From Octopus sinensis (taxonomy: Eukaryota), in the NCBI RefSeq assembly GCF_006345805.1, contig NC_043005.1, positions 105,276,001 to 105,340,000 of the forward strand: a stretch of DNA of 64,000 bases, read 5' to 3'. This document shows positions 25,881 to 38,875 of the stretch, in pieces. The notes beneath the pieces were generated by a model. That model ran no database searches and was not told the origin of the DNA. It saw nothing but the letters and a program-made list of their open reading frames with translations. A program made the translations under genes and the position numbers. Numbering within the stretch: the first letter of the stretch is position 1; each line of letters starts with the position of its first letter.

Positions 25881-27789
25881 GATGTGTTTAGCATTTTTAA
25901 CATCAATATTTACTACAACAGTAATTTCTTTCAATGCTACAAAAGGGGAGAATGTAAGTTACTAAAAAATGATAATGAGTTTGAAATTAAGACCAAGCAG
26001 TAGAGACTGGACTTAGTGAGGGATGGTAAATACTGATGTTTATATTTGTGCATAAGGAGGACTCAACTAACATGAACAATTTTAATAAGAAAGAATTCAT
26101 AAAAATAATTTTGTAGACACATTACTAATTATGTCTGTAATGAGTACCTGTCAAAAACCAAGAGCCTGTTTTGGTTTTCAAAGGTAGAAGGGAAGCATTC
26201 AACCAAATTCATCTGAATATATTACTTATACTTATGTGATCGATTTAAAGAGATACTCATCTCCATGCAGCATGAAACAAGAGTCCAGAAAAAAACATTC
26301 ATTTCATGTCATACTAAACTGAAGACCATTCAATATTAATGCTATGATTTCAAGGAAGTTGACCCCAAAAAATGTATAAAGAGTGGAGTCAATGATAGTG
26401 GAATATCAACCATAATAAAAAGAAGCAATTTAACAATAAAACATTTTAGTTTGGTTGCTCTCTAATTCCTGTTATCTTACAATCATATTAACAATAGCAA
26501 TGATGGTAATGACAATCATAATAACGTTAATAATAGAAAAAAAAACTATATTAAATTAAGTGTTTTAAGTGCACAATTTCTTATTAAAATAGAACTAAAT
26601 GTGTGAGAGCGTTTCTGAGTGTATGCATGCCTGCATACCAACAAACTATATACCAAAAAACTTTATGATCTATTTGCAATTTAGTATTCCTGTGTCTATT
26701 CACTGTCATAATACTGTTTGTTTTAAGAAGTATTTATATTGAGTATATTTATAATAATTCAATGCTTAGACATGTTTGTGCATATGAATGTTATCGACAT
26801 ATTAAATGTAAATAAGATTTAACATGACTAGTAGCTGTGGGTGGAGGAAAGGATTTTGTAATAGAAATTTAATCCAATATAAAAATTGTTTTAAAGTTAA
26901 AAGGAAAAACCTAAAGGAAAAGAAAATGAGATAAAAATTTGCATCACACCAACTGAAAAGTAACAATGACATGCCTACCATAAGGTATAGATACACAACA
27001 ACACCTACAACTAAACTATAAAGTTGTCCTGGTAGTGGAAGTGGTAACAAAATTCATTAAGACTTTTTCAAACCTACCTGACACTGACTGCGCTTACTTA
27101 TGTAATACAAAGCCTCCTATTTTAAGGAGTTCAGATGTAAATTTAAATTAAAACTTTCCAATATACAAGAACCTTTTTCATAAGTTATGCTGCAAAAGTT
27201 TAATAATGACAAAGTAACTCTAATTCCCATCAAACTCTTGATTATTTTCAAAAGTAACTGAAAGTCAGTGTATGTCACTGGAGACAAAATGGTTAATAAC
27301 GATTATATTTAGTGGAAATAATAAAATTATTAATGCAATGAAACAAACTGGTTTTAAAAAGAAACAGAAAAAGTTTAAAATTGGCATATAGTCAACTGAC
27401 TAGACTTAGTACAGTAGTGTCAAACATGGAGAAGAGGAGAGACAAAGTAAATTGTAGAGTAATTGAAACTAAAAAAAAAGTAAATGATTTAAATTAAAGC
27501 TTGGCAGTGAACTGGCCACACCACCATATTCTTAGTAATGACCGTAATATGACTATGAGGGTAAGATGAGACAGTAAAAAAGTAGGATGTATATTTTAAG
27601 CACTTTTCTCAAATCCTGGCTGTTCTGAATTGAAAGTCAATTGGATATCCAGTCATTTAACAGAGAATAAAGGTGATAGTGAAAGTCTTAAGATATGTAA
27701 AATGTGTGTGGGTGCACATGTATGAGGGTGTGTATGTTTCACCTGCTGCCATAATCAATGCAAACTTGACAATGAATCTAATCTCAGTA

Positions 27790-28460
27790 TTGTCCCTTCA
27801 ACCAGTAAATGTTCCCATACACCATGTCAGTTCTTAGTTCCCCCAGGAATGACCTACTTGCCACCACATCCACTAATAACCATTCATACAAAAATAACAT
27901 GAGATCTTTCATTCCCTACAAACATTCCCTAATCAAGCATCATCCATACACAAACTTGATACCACAGATCAGACCTTTATTGATTGCATTGAGAAACCTT
28001 AAAAGCATCTTTCAGTGAGGCTATGCCAACTATGTCTCATTTAACAGCCCCAAAAAAACCTCACATGTTACACAAATCAAAACATTGCCAAACAACACCA
28101 TCTCTAAACATGAGTGGCATTTAACTAAATCTCTCTATCACTCCAAATGCTAAGTTGCACTATCACTGAAGATTTATCCCGTTGAAAGTACATCCTTAGC
28201 CTAGCCCTTCTCTTTAGGATCAGAAAATATTCAGCTCACAACAGTTGCTGACACTGACACAATTGAGACCCACAATGGAGTATTGTACCCACATCAGGGA
28301 CAATGCTGCTGTTGCTACATACACTGACAGAAAAGGGCCACTTATCTGATTGGCACTCCATCACTTATACACTCCAGCCTCTGGTTAGCTTCAGAAAATG
28401 CTAGTAGTGGGAAATTTTATTACTACTTCCAGCAGCTTCAGCAACTATGTAGAGGTTCCA
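27790..28460 (+). mobile_element. CR1/Jockey-group LINE RT C-terminal remnant
   Basis: LKSIFQ*GYANYVSFN (cf. DL..I..W...N...FN), RPTMEYCTHI (cf. RP.LEYC..VW) and IGTPSL..LQPL. Confidence 0.65.
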
Positions 28461-28666
28461 CCATTCGGTCATCCATGAAATAGCATATGCAAAACGCCAA
28501 TTGTATAAATATACAGATACGTGCGCATAATCTCATAAATAACTATACAAAGGATACAAATGTAGCTGAAGATAGTTTTACTAATTTTGCATCAGGTAAT
28601 AACCAACTTCAGAAAATTGGTGTATCCTAATTATGATGATAAATGAAATGAAACAACTGATATTAC

Positions 28667-28796
28667 CTCCAAACAATGAGAACAACCACTATTACTACCA
28701 AAAATAAACTTTCATAACAGAGGAAATGACTAATAACACGGATCATTATGGATCCCCTTAGCCAGATAATGGTGTGTGGTGAGGTTTCAGTGAAGG
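28667..28796 (-). CDS. Candidate exon, 130 nt, encoding a hydrophobic segment (…MIRVISHFLCYESLFLVVIVVVLIVW)
   Basis: taatttatttttctatttcag|CCTTCACTG...GTTTGGAG|gtaata; one frame open throughout. Confidence 0.35.
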
Positions 28797-30064
28797 CTGA
28801 AATAGAAAAATAAATTAATAATAATAATAATATATCCAACAATAACAAAAAAAAATAGTAGACAACACCATGCAATATCCGGAAGTATGAGGGACTAATA
28901 AGTAAAGGGTAATAATAATGAATAATGAGAAACTGAAACAAGCTTAGAGCAGAAGGTGTGAGTAATCTGACTGACATGAAACGACAACAACAACTACAAC
29001 TACTCCTACCACTACAACAACAATACTGAAGTTAGAGGTGGCACCACTCCTAGCCTAGAGGAAATTGTAGTAGAGCAATTATTGACTAATAATTAGATGA
29101 CTGGTAAGGCAGTAAACTTTTAAAAAAGTAAATAAACTAACCAAGCCTTTTAAAAGAAATTATTACAAAAATGAAATGTGTGTGTGTGTGTGTGAACATA
29201 CACAAAAGCCATAAACCTAACAACTTCCAATAAAAAAAAAGTTTTTTTGTTAAAATTCACATGATCATTTTTATGAAATGTGTCATTTAGGTGTGGGCTA
29301 TTGAAAAAACAAAGATGGACAAAAAATACGAAAATTCAATTACTAATAAACTATTTTTTGAACTAAATTTCATAATAAAAGAAGTAGCTTTGAAAACGAA
29401 ACAGCTTCAAATGACATCATATTTGGTTAAACCAATGCTCTGTAAGAAGTTTCATTTCTCTCACACAAATTTATTAAATAACTAAACTGAAACAACTTAC
29501 AAAATTATGAGTAAATTTCAAGTGAAACACTGAGTAAGAATATTGATATCTAAGCGCTTATAAAACAACTGGAGTGTTACTAGTTATATGACAGGTAACT
29601 TTGGATGTACATCCAATAATTATAATTTAACTGATCAAATTTCCTGGTGCTTATACAAATTGATGAAATACTAATTATCAAAAGATTATTTATTACCTTG
29701 AAATAAAATTAGACAAAATAAATTTCTCTTTTGCATAAGTACTTTCTCATTTACCACTTCTCCTCCTGTCTCAATGATGCTTTCTCTCTCAACATGTGTG
29801 TGTAGCCTACCTTTACTCACCACCTGCTACCAAGCCTAGTATGAGCATTAATCTTGCACTCCTTATGTCGACTCACTCTGTACCTCTCTTTCCCTCTTTC
29901 TATGCAATATAAACATGACAGGAGAAATAAACCAACCAAATAGGTTATTACTATATAGAGATAAGATGTTTATGCATACACTCACGCAAAGTAAATAGTC
30001 TTAGTTTTGATGATAAGCATTCAATTATTTAATCAAATGTATTACTTTTTCATTGAATTAATGT

Positions 30065-30200
30065 GTAAGTTGACTTTGGCGAACTTTGCCTTTCATCCTT
30101 TCGGGTTCGAAAAATTAAGTACCAGTTGTGTACTGGAGGCGATCTAATCAACTGCCCCCTCTCCCCCAAAATTTTGGAGTTTGTGCCTAGAGTAAAAAAT
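30065..30200 (+). mobile_element. Family B SINE, 5'-truncated
   Basis: actttgcctttcatcctttcgggttcgaaaaattaagtaccag...cccctctcccccaaaattttggagtttgtgcctagagt. Confidence 0.75.
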
Positions 30201-30321
30201 AAAGAATACTTCCCATAAACAGTGTGATTTGTTATCTTGGGTATGTACTATGGGAAGTATTAAGAAACACTACTATCCAAACAGCTTCAATGTTTCACAA
30301 AGACACACATGAACATATATA

Positions 30322-30369
<48 letters not shown>

Positions 30370-30371
<2 letters not shown>

Positions 30372-31035
30372 GGGCTTTGATTCACTTTCTTTCTACCAAG
30401 GTATCAACTCACAAGACTTTGGTTAGTCCAGAGCTACAATACAATATACTTTGCCAAAAAGCCAGGCACTAGCACCAAATTGCAAACCAAGTAGTTGGGG
30501 TCCTTGAGAATTGATTTAGTAAGCAGAAACTCTCAGAGAAGCTCCTCTGTGTCTGTGTTAGTGTCTTGTTGCCTTGATATTGTGGGATAGTTGCAATCAA
30601 ACATAACCTACATACAAGGAGTGTCTTCTATTTCCAACATACTGATGGGAAAAAGGAAATAGGTTACTTGAAAACAGGTGAGGCTCGGTGACAGGAAAGG
30701 TAACTGATCAAGGAAAATATGCCTCAACGATTTCTATCTGACGCAAGATAGAATAGATCATTAAAATGATGATGATATAGTAAATAAAAAACAAAGCTGA
30801 AATGGGAAAAACATTAAGAGAGAGGAAACAAACAAATAAGCACCACACTGTGAAGTTACAGAAGTGGAGAAAGCATGGAGGCAGGATTAAGAAGTTTCCT
30901 TCCCAACAACTTGGCATCAAGTTTGGTCCCACTGTGTAGCATCTTAGGCAAGTCTCGTTTAGAAGGTTGACCCAACCAAAGCCCTATGAACGAGTGGATT
31001 TGGAAGATGGAAAAAGAAAGAGACCAGCTGTATAT
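30370..31035. mobile_element. Two family A SINE bodies in inverted orientation (30370-30500 minus, 30880-31035 plus)
   Basis: ctaccaaggtatcaactcacaagactttgg on minus; aaccaaagccctatgaacgagtggatttgg on plus. Confidence 0.6.
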
Positions 31036-32874
31036 GTATACAGTGTTTAGTGTCTCTTGCCTTGACATCATGCATTAGTTGCAAAAGAATGTCATCATCA
31101 TCATCATACTTTGTCTCCAATCTTTGGGAAAACATGACCAACCATGGAGAAATATTTCTATTTTTGGAAGCAAGTGAGGGTTGACAATTGGAAAGCATCA
31201 AACTATAGAAAAGCTGTCTCAACAAATTCCATTTGATCCAATCCAAGTACAAAACAGTAGATGATACACACACACACACACACAAACATATATACATATA
31301 TCTAAATACACACAAAACTGACTTTTAAAAGCATAATACAACCTAAGAAAGTAACAGTGGTTGCACCCTTCTTTATTTGCCTGAGATACTCAGAATGACA
31401 GCCAACATACACATTTTTTGGACACAAAGGTTAGCAGTATTTGGATGGGGCTAACTTAATTACATCTACATAAATGCTTTCTACCAGTCACTCAACATGC
31501 AATTTCTTATGATTAACAAAACAAGCATTCGAAAGTGTAATCATAGGTAGCCCATGTGAGATCAATTCTGGATCCTCTACCATACAGAGCCCCTAAAATT
31601 TGTACATTTATAGGTATTTTATTTCACTATCAGATGTGTAATTCAGACTTTCTTAAATCATTAGCAGCTTCATGATTAGTCCATCATTGTGTGAATGGTG
31701 ACATCCTGTGTGTTCATAGGATACAATCTGAGGAAAATGGTGGTGTAATTTTTACATTGCCTGTAAAGAATATATTCATTAGCTCAGCATATCCCAAAAT
31801 CTGTGGAAAAATACTTTACTTGACGGGCAAGTAGGAATTGTCAACAGGAAAAGCATCCAGCCCTAAAATACTGCTTAAGTCTTTAATTCAAGCCAACATA
31901 GAAAAAAATATTTTATAGATACATGATGATGATGATGCATGTGCACACACACACACACACACACATACACCTATATAGACAGGTACATATATACAACACA
32001 TACACACACCCATGATTTTCAATGTGATCCATGTAACGTGCCACAGATAGCAGTCAAATGTTCCCAAAATTAGACCCTACCCTTTTACTTCCTATTATGC
32101 ATTCATAAGTTCTCTGCAGATAGGAATAAGAGTGGTGAATCACAACTGAACTTCTGATGATAAAATGCTTGATCAGGTCAAACTTTGGAGGTAAACACCA
32201 ACAAAATACACATACATGTGTTCAAATACACACTCACACATCAAAGCGGACAGTTCAATTTTGATTTAAAAGGCCTACGGTGTTTCAGTCTAAAAGTTTG
32301 AGGAAAGTTAGAAAGTATAAATGAATTTTCTATGTGCATCGTTCATGGTCAGTTCACATGACAAAACATATCCTTAACTAGTCCAGTTTTAGCTTCAGTG
32401 GGCAAGAAACTAACTTAACATTCTGTACACCAAAACTACATCAGCCAATGTAACTTTTTCTCTTTTAAAATAGTAAGATGTAATTTAAGGGGATTTAACT
32501 ATATTTCTACAAAGTCTGTGGCTCAGTCTTAGTATATAGCTGAAGAACCAGCTACTAGTGAGTTCGTAAGTTATACAAACAATAATATGCATGCATAACC
32601 CGTCAGTACACAATGTATATATATATATATATGCATGCTTAATACCTTATATTATGTACAAATCTTTCCCAAAAGATGCAAGATTTGTGCTAAGTTCAGA
32701 AATATACAAAATATTTCAGGATAAAAGAGCACACTTTTCATTATCTTTGTCATACATAGAAATCACGTATAACGTACGTACATCAATAGATTGAAAACCA
32801 CAATATAATAAACAAAAGAAGAAGAAAAGAGAACTAATTTAATATCATACTCAGTATATTAATTAAAGACTCAC

Positions 32875-32927
32875 ATGTGACTTGGAATGTAATTTGAAAT
32901 ACTCCTCAAATGGAACAATTATTAGTA
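32875..32927 (-). CDS. Possible 53-nt exon (xLIIVPFEEYFKLHSKSH)
   Basis: gttgcttttaaacttag|TACTAATAA...AAGTCACAT|gtgagt; one open frame. Confidence 0.25.
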
Positions 32928-33534
32928 CTAAGTTTAAAAGCAACTTCTGCAGTCACTGCTCAACCAGGGGAAACAACTGTGTAATTCTTGATGCATAAGC
33001 GAAACTGCGGTCTGTTCATTGTGACAGAATTCTAACGCTTTGTCAATGTGTAGCAGCAGTGAAGAGACGGTGCAAGGGCTGGTTACTACGAAATAAGCAG
33101 ATAAAGAAACATGTGCGTATTGTTGTCATCGTTCAATGGTAACCATACTTTATTTAGTCGGTTATCAAGTGGATCAAAACAGGCCAACGACAGGACATCT
33201 ATCTGGTCGTTCGACATGTTAGAAACAACAGTCAAATCTTCTTCAAACCACAACCTACCGTCTTAAAAAGGGACGTAGTATGCAGAAAAATGTGATGGTC
33301 ATAGTTTGCCCGGCCAGAGATGACCTGGGGCTCAACAACAACAATCAAAATCGAAATTACAATCTTACACGTATAATACAGAGCTTACTGTATAACAAAC
33401 CATGTGATGGTGCAACAACAGAAGAAGCTATTCTCAACACATCTCATCTTGAACTACCGGACAACACCCACAGATTGTAATAACATGAGGCACTCGTCAG
33501 AGAAGCTTACATTTTCTAATTGACAAAATCAAGT

Positions 33535-33760
33535 TATTGTTCAGAATTGTTAGAGCGACAGAAAAAAAATGCCTTGTGGTAGGTGTGGTTCCATGGTTCT
33601 GAGTTAAAATCTCACCCGGGATCAAGTGTGCCTTTCTTTCATCTTTTCGGGGTGTCCATAAAATAAAAGTATTATTCATGTACTGGCGTCGATGTAATCG
33701 ATTATCTATGCCACCACTCCCTCAAATTTCAGGCATTGTACCTACGCTAGAAACAATTAC
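33535..33760 (+). mobile_element. Family B SINE
   Basis: cagaattgttagagc...gttctgagttaaaatc...ctttcatcttttcggggtg...tactggcgtcgatgtaatcg...aaatttcaggcattgtaccta. Confidence 0.7.
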
Positions 33761-36249
33761 AAGAGGAAGGTGTAGGTGTGAACGGTGAAATTGAAGTGGT
33801 TAAATGGGGTTACTGTATGAGACTGTAGGCTGATGTCAAGAACTGAATGAAGGGTAGTGTGTAGGTTAATTAGAATTACCTCTATGGTATCCACCTGCCT
33901 TCTATTTTATGGATCCTATATTGTTACAGTGTTGGCGTATATAGATCTTGGTATGACTTTATTGTTATTGATGCGAATATCTGTTTCTAGTTTGTTGTTA
34001 TTTGTATTTCGCATTTGTACTTTCCCTATAATAATTATTCTCACCCCAAGAAATCACGATTACTATTATTATTGTGATTTTTTTTTTTTTTTGCAAGCCG
34101 ACAAGCTAATCCGATTAAGTCATCTGCCGATAATAAGAAATTAAGATACCTGCAAGGTAGTCACTCTCTCCACCCTTTCTTACGCCTTATTTTCACAACG
34201 AAATATCAATTAGTTCTGTTGACTTTGCTATTTATTTATATAAGGGACAAAAATAATAGGAAATAAACAGACCACCACCACCACTATGAATAAACTCTGG
34301 CAACAAATTTATAAAACTGGCGAATGGAAAGCAAGAAAAAAAGAGTTTCACTAAAAACAGGGAATGGGACCAGGAAATAATAAGTAAGAAAGAAAAAAGA
34401 AATTAAATGCAATGAACAAATTATTTCCAAACGTTGACAACAAACAAACACACACAAAAAAAGCAAAACCATTCGTTTCTAATTCGAAAATGTTTTGTCA
34501 CTCTGAACTACAATTAAATATATATAATTTGAGAAAATGTGAGAGGGGAGTGCTGCTGCACACACACACACACGGATGACTAGACAAATGTTTTCATAAT
34601 GCCTCATGACGAAAGAAACTCTACGTCTTGGTTCGAATTACCAAACATAGCAGTGAAATTTCATTGAAATTCACCTTAGCATCTAAAGAATAAAAAAAAA
34701 CAATATAGGGTTGCACATTGAACAGAAAAACCTAATGGTCACGACCAGATGCACCTCATCAAAACGGACCAACATCAACCAAAACCTATTTTAAAATCTA
34801 TTTAACTGATTTTTACCAACAGAAACATCGTATGTCACAAAATTCTGATGAAAATAATGTGCGTTTATGTACACACGGAGAGCACGGAACTGTTGACCCA
34901 GTTAAATGTTAAAGTACTACCAACAGTTTAAATCCAGAATATATAAACATAATATGTTCACACACGCACACAGGAAACTTTCAGTAAACAACAATATCTC
35001 AGCATATTACACACAAACTCTTCATCTATACACCCGAGTCAGCTGTGTTATCCAAATTCATCAATCACAGAAGGTTACATACTAACTGGTTGACAGGATA
35101 GAATATTTTTTAGCTTTGTTTATCAAGACAACATATGATTTAAACACAAGACATCTTACATATTATCCGATCGTTCCCGAGCCTTGATTTAATAAGTCCG
35201 CTGAAAAATAGCCGACCAAGGTTTACTCAACAACATCAATGGCCAAATAAACAAAGTATAAAACTGCAACATAATACAGAATCTACCACCTCTCAAGTGT
35301 TTGAGTAAAATATGATAAAATAAAAACCAAGCCATCGTAGAAAAAGTCAACGAGATCTTATTTTTGTCCTCCTTTCGCTTTGTGAGGTGCGTGTAAGAGT
35401 GAAGGCATAAACCGATTATTATCCAGGTTGTGATTTTAGATCGGTCCGTATCAGCATATTTATGAGCTCATATACACACAGACATGCAGTCACATCGACG
35501 GATTTAACAGGAAATATAAACTAGGTGAATCCTATACAGTTTTGATTGTCATCAACATAGATATAGAATGCATTCGGCAAAATGGTTCTATATTCCATGT
35601 GGCTACACACACACACACACCTGAAACCATCGTGTTCAAAAACAAACCTGATAAGAAAGATGTGAAGTGGTAACAAAATGTAAATATCTTCTGTTTTCAA
35701 AATGCGTTCTTTTTCGTGTACAAGTATATAAACACATTTTACATGTGTGAACATCAAGGAATATTGCGTTTCGGTATCATTACATAGATAAGCAGAGGAC
35801 ACAATTACATATCTGTATAGTTGGACGGATTGGTTTTATGAAAGGCACAAAATCGAGGTAGAAAGAAGCAGAATTAAAAACAAAAATCCAAGCCCGAACG
35901 ATAACATAAGAAAAGACAATAAACAATGATATTAACAATAAAAAAAATGGAAAAGAAATGATGCCACTCACTCGCTCGGTTTGCAGTAGCAGCAGACTTA
36001 TATCGCTCTTGCAATGAAAAACTATTCAATAACCCTCACAGAAAGCAGTTTTTTTTTTCCGTTTTTTCATTTCAATAAGAGATCTCTTTCCGCTTTCTTT
36101 CTCTACTATATATACATATCTTATATACACATATATACATACTCTTTTATGTATGTACGTACATACATATGTATGTAATTATAACTAAAAAAAAAACGTC
36201 AAAGTGAAAGAGCCCTGTCCTGTGAAGCTGTGCGGCTCGGATCCAATGA

Positions 36250-36365
36250 AAGAAGCAGCAGCAGCAGCAGTGAAAGCGATAGAAACAGCAGCAGCAGCTA
36301 TAGTAACAGCAGCAGCCACAGTAATAGCAGCAGCTGCAACAACAGCAGCAGCAGTTACAGCAGCA
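36250..36365. repeat. Interrupted (CAG/AGC)n trinucleotide block
   Basis: Direct reading; interruptions preserve triplet phase. Confidence 0.9.
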
Positions 36366-36584
36366 AACAACAAAATGTAAATAGTACAAGAGTACTTGCT
36401 GGCTGGTTTAGTTGGCTTTTGGTCTGCTTGCTTTATTTGTGTTTAGTACGTTCGGGACACAGCTGACTTGCTTAGTTAGGACGGAAAGTGAATGGACAGC
36501 ACACACACACACGCGCGCGAGCAATCGCTCCTCGCACATGCTTAGGCGGTCGTCGGAAGATTGGAGATGCAGCCGAGTGGCACT

Positions 36585-36670
36585 ACCGACACAACCACCT
36601 CCACTGCCACCACTACCATAACGATTACAACAGTTATCACCACCACTACCACTACTACTACTACTACTCT
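36585..36670. repeat. Degenerate (ACC/ACT)n block
   Basis: Direct reading. Confidence 0.85.
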
Positions 36671-36882
36671 TGTCAGCTGTTACGGGTGTGTACCGACAGA
36701 GAAATGCCTTGACAACCAAAACAATTTCGAAATCCGAAGGCTATTTAAACATGATAACCACATAAGTGCAGCTCGACCAACTTATGAAGAATACACGCTA
36801 TTTAAAAAAGGGAATTCATTATCATCATAAACAGCAAAGTGTACGAATACGATAAGTACACACGAACTATCTCATTGCTTAC

Positions 36883-36935
36883 CCTAAGATAAGCCCTTCC
36901 TTATGCATCAGACCCGTGGCCATTCCATCCATTTT
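36883..36935 (-). CDS. Candidate exon (KMDGMATGLMHKEGLILG), 53 nt, possibly containing a start codon
   Basis: atttcttttcacacag|AAAATGGATGGAATGGCC...CTTATCTTAGG|gtaagc; strong acceptor and donor; only one open frame. Confidence 0.5.
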
Positions 36936-38269
36936 CTGTGTGAAAAGAAATCGGCTCCATATAACAGAATGCGTAATTTGCATTATGGAATGTGTGCTAC
37001 TGTAAAAACATCCTGAAGTGATTTGAAAGTGATTCGATATGTATTTTGTAGCTGGTCGAGCGACGACAACGCAGAGGTCTTTTTATCGTGGTCCGTTTAT
37101 CCAGTAGACTGTCAAGCTGAACAAACAGATGGCTTCTTATTTACAATTACCACTAACATCATCATCATCATCATCAACAATGGTGTCAACGACGAGAGAT
37201 AAGAGATCGAGAGGGACTTCGGACAGATTCACGAGACTAATTAATTTTTAATTCACACGCAAGACTGGAAAATTTACATCTGGTTATGTTCTCTATCTAA
37301 TATTTTAAGTGCACATGTGTGTTTAAACGGAGCCAAAAGAGACCTTAGCAAATACTGTGGCCGGAATAAAGGGGGAAGTCTTCATTCAAGCCGATATCGA
37401 CTGCGATGATAGACGAACAAATAACAAAGATGAGAGGCACTAGTTTCCCTTCTCATTTCATCCACATTAACACGGTATACACAAGAATATGCACATGTGC
37501 ACGCGCACACATATATACATATAAGCATGCATACATATGTGTATACATATATACATGCACTTTTAAGTACAAATATATAGAGATAACACATGAAAAAAAA
37601 AACTGTACGCGCGCACACACATTTATTGCTCCCGGACCCTCTGCTTCATTTTCTATCACTGTCCTCTTCCCCGGTTATTCTGTATCCGAAACGCCCTCCT
37701 CTCATTTCTCTCCATCGGACCCAACCCCTTTCCGTTAACGTCTCTCCTGATTTCATGTCACTCTCCTCTATTTCTCCCTCTCTTGTTCCCATTTCACTCA
37801 CATCTCCCGTCCATATTCGCTTTATAATGCTGGCTAGCCCTGGACCCAACTTCTTACAACTCAGCTTGTAACAATGCCACTGAGCCCCCCGCCCTTCTCA
37901 CTAACTCTCACCCCCACCAATCATACTCAACCTCCCCCCAATAGTGTTTACTCTGTTACTCTCAACTACCACCTTCTCACAACTATAAATCTATAATACT
38001 CGTGTTATTTGACGCTTCCTCGTCACCCCACCAAAATATCATACCCTCTTCTATTCTCCTTCAGTTACGGGGCCCACATTTGGCACTTAGTCTTCCAATC
38101 TGCAGTGCTAGAGGCAGAAAGGAACACAAAAAAACCCGGCATACTCTGCAAAGTGGTTGATGTTAGAAAAGGCTTCTGGCTGCAGAAGCTGATACTAGAG
38201 CACAATAGAGAACCTCAATCCGTTGGATCCTATTGACCCATTCAACGTAGAACACAAGAGTGTGTGTGT

Positions 38270-38435
38270 AGCTGCAGATACAGCTATGCTGTTATGAACT
38301 TTGTTTCCCATTCATGCAGTCTTGGGTTCAGTTCCACTGCATGTTACCTAGAGCAAGTGTCTTTCATAAAAGCTGTAAGCCACCCTAAGTCTAGTAGGTA
38401 CTGGTGATAGATGGAAACTGAAAGAAGCCTATCGT
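38270..38435 (+). mobile_element. Family A SINE body
   Basis: gggttcagttccactgcatgttacctagagcaagtgtctt...gatggaaactgaaagaagcctatcg. Confidence 0.7.
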
Positions 38436-38875
38436 GTGGGAGAGTGTGTTAGTGTCTCTTTGTCTTGACAAAGCACAATAGTGGTGTGTTACTGTCATTC
38501 GTTTTCAATCTTCCATGTCCTGACCATAGGGAAGTATTGCCTACACAGGTGAGAGTTGGCAATAGTAAGAGTATATGGGCCTTAGATAATTTGCCTCTAC
38601 GCATTCCATCTAAACGATACAAGCAAGCAGTGTGCACGTCCGCATAGATGAAACACACATCATTAGTTCCTATATATATCTCATCATAGAGGTAGGTTGT
38701 TTGGAACTCTGCATTGGATGTTCCAGGTGCAACAGATCATCGACGGAACACTTTATAACATTACATTGCAGAGAACTAAGTCTGTATATCATAATATAAG
38801 TAGTAGTAGTGTGAGTGTGTGTATATCTATCTATCTGTCTGTCTACACACACACACACACATACACATGCACATG

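Larger units (their letters stand above)
32950..38150. promoter_or_regulatory. CpG-retaining (likely unmethylated) promoter / 5' domain
   Basis: CpG becomes frequent here compared with 1-32.9 kb; GC-rich core gcgcgcgagcaatcgctcctcgc at ~36515; ATTGG (CCAAT on minus) at 36550-36554; minus-strand donor CGA|gtgagt at 35972. Confidence 0.55.

Noticed and set aside
32985-33015. cataagcgaaac similar to the hairpin element's ribozyme half
   Set aside because: No upstream CTGANGA core or stem I complementarity
36147-36389. Cys-rich minus-strand ORF resembling a metallothionein or keratin-associated protein
   Set aside because: It is one reading frame of the CAG/CTG repeat; no splice or start context
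36561-36830. Thr-rich mucin-like ORF (MEMQPSGTTDTT...)
   Set aside because: Driven by the ACC/ACT repeat; no signal peptide or downstream exon support
36883-36935. EGLILG resemblance to ABRAXAS/MPN EGFLLG
   Set aside because: No other MPN-like segments found in downstream exon candidates
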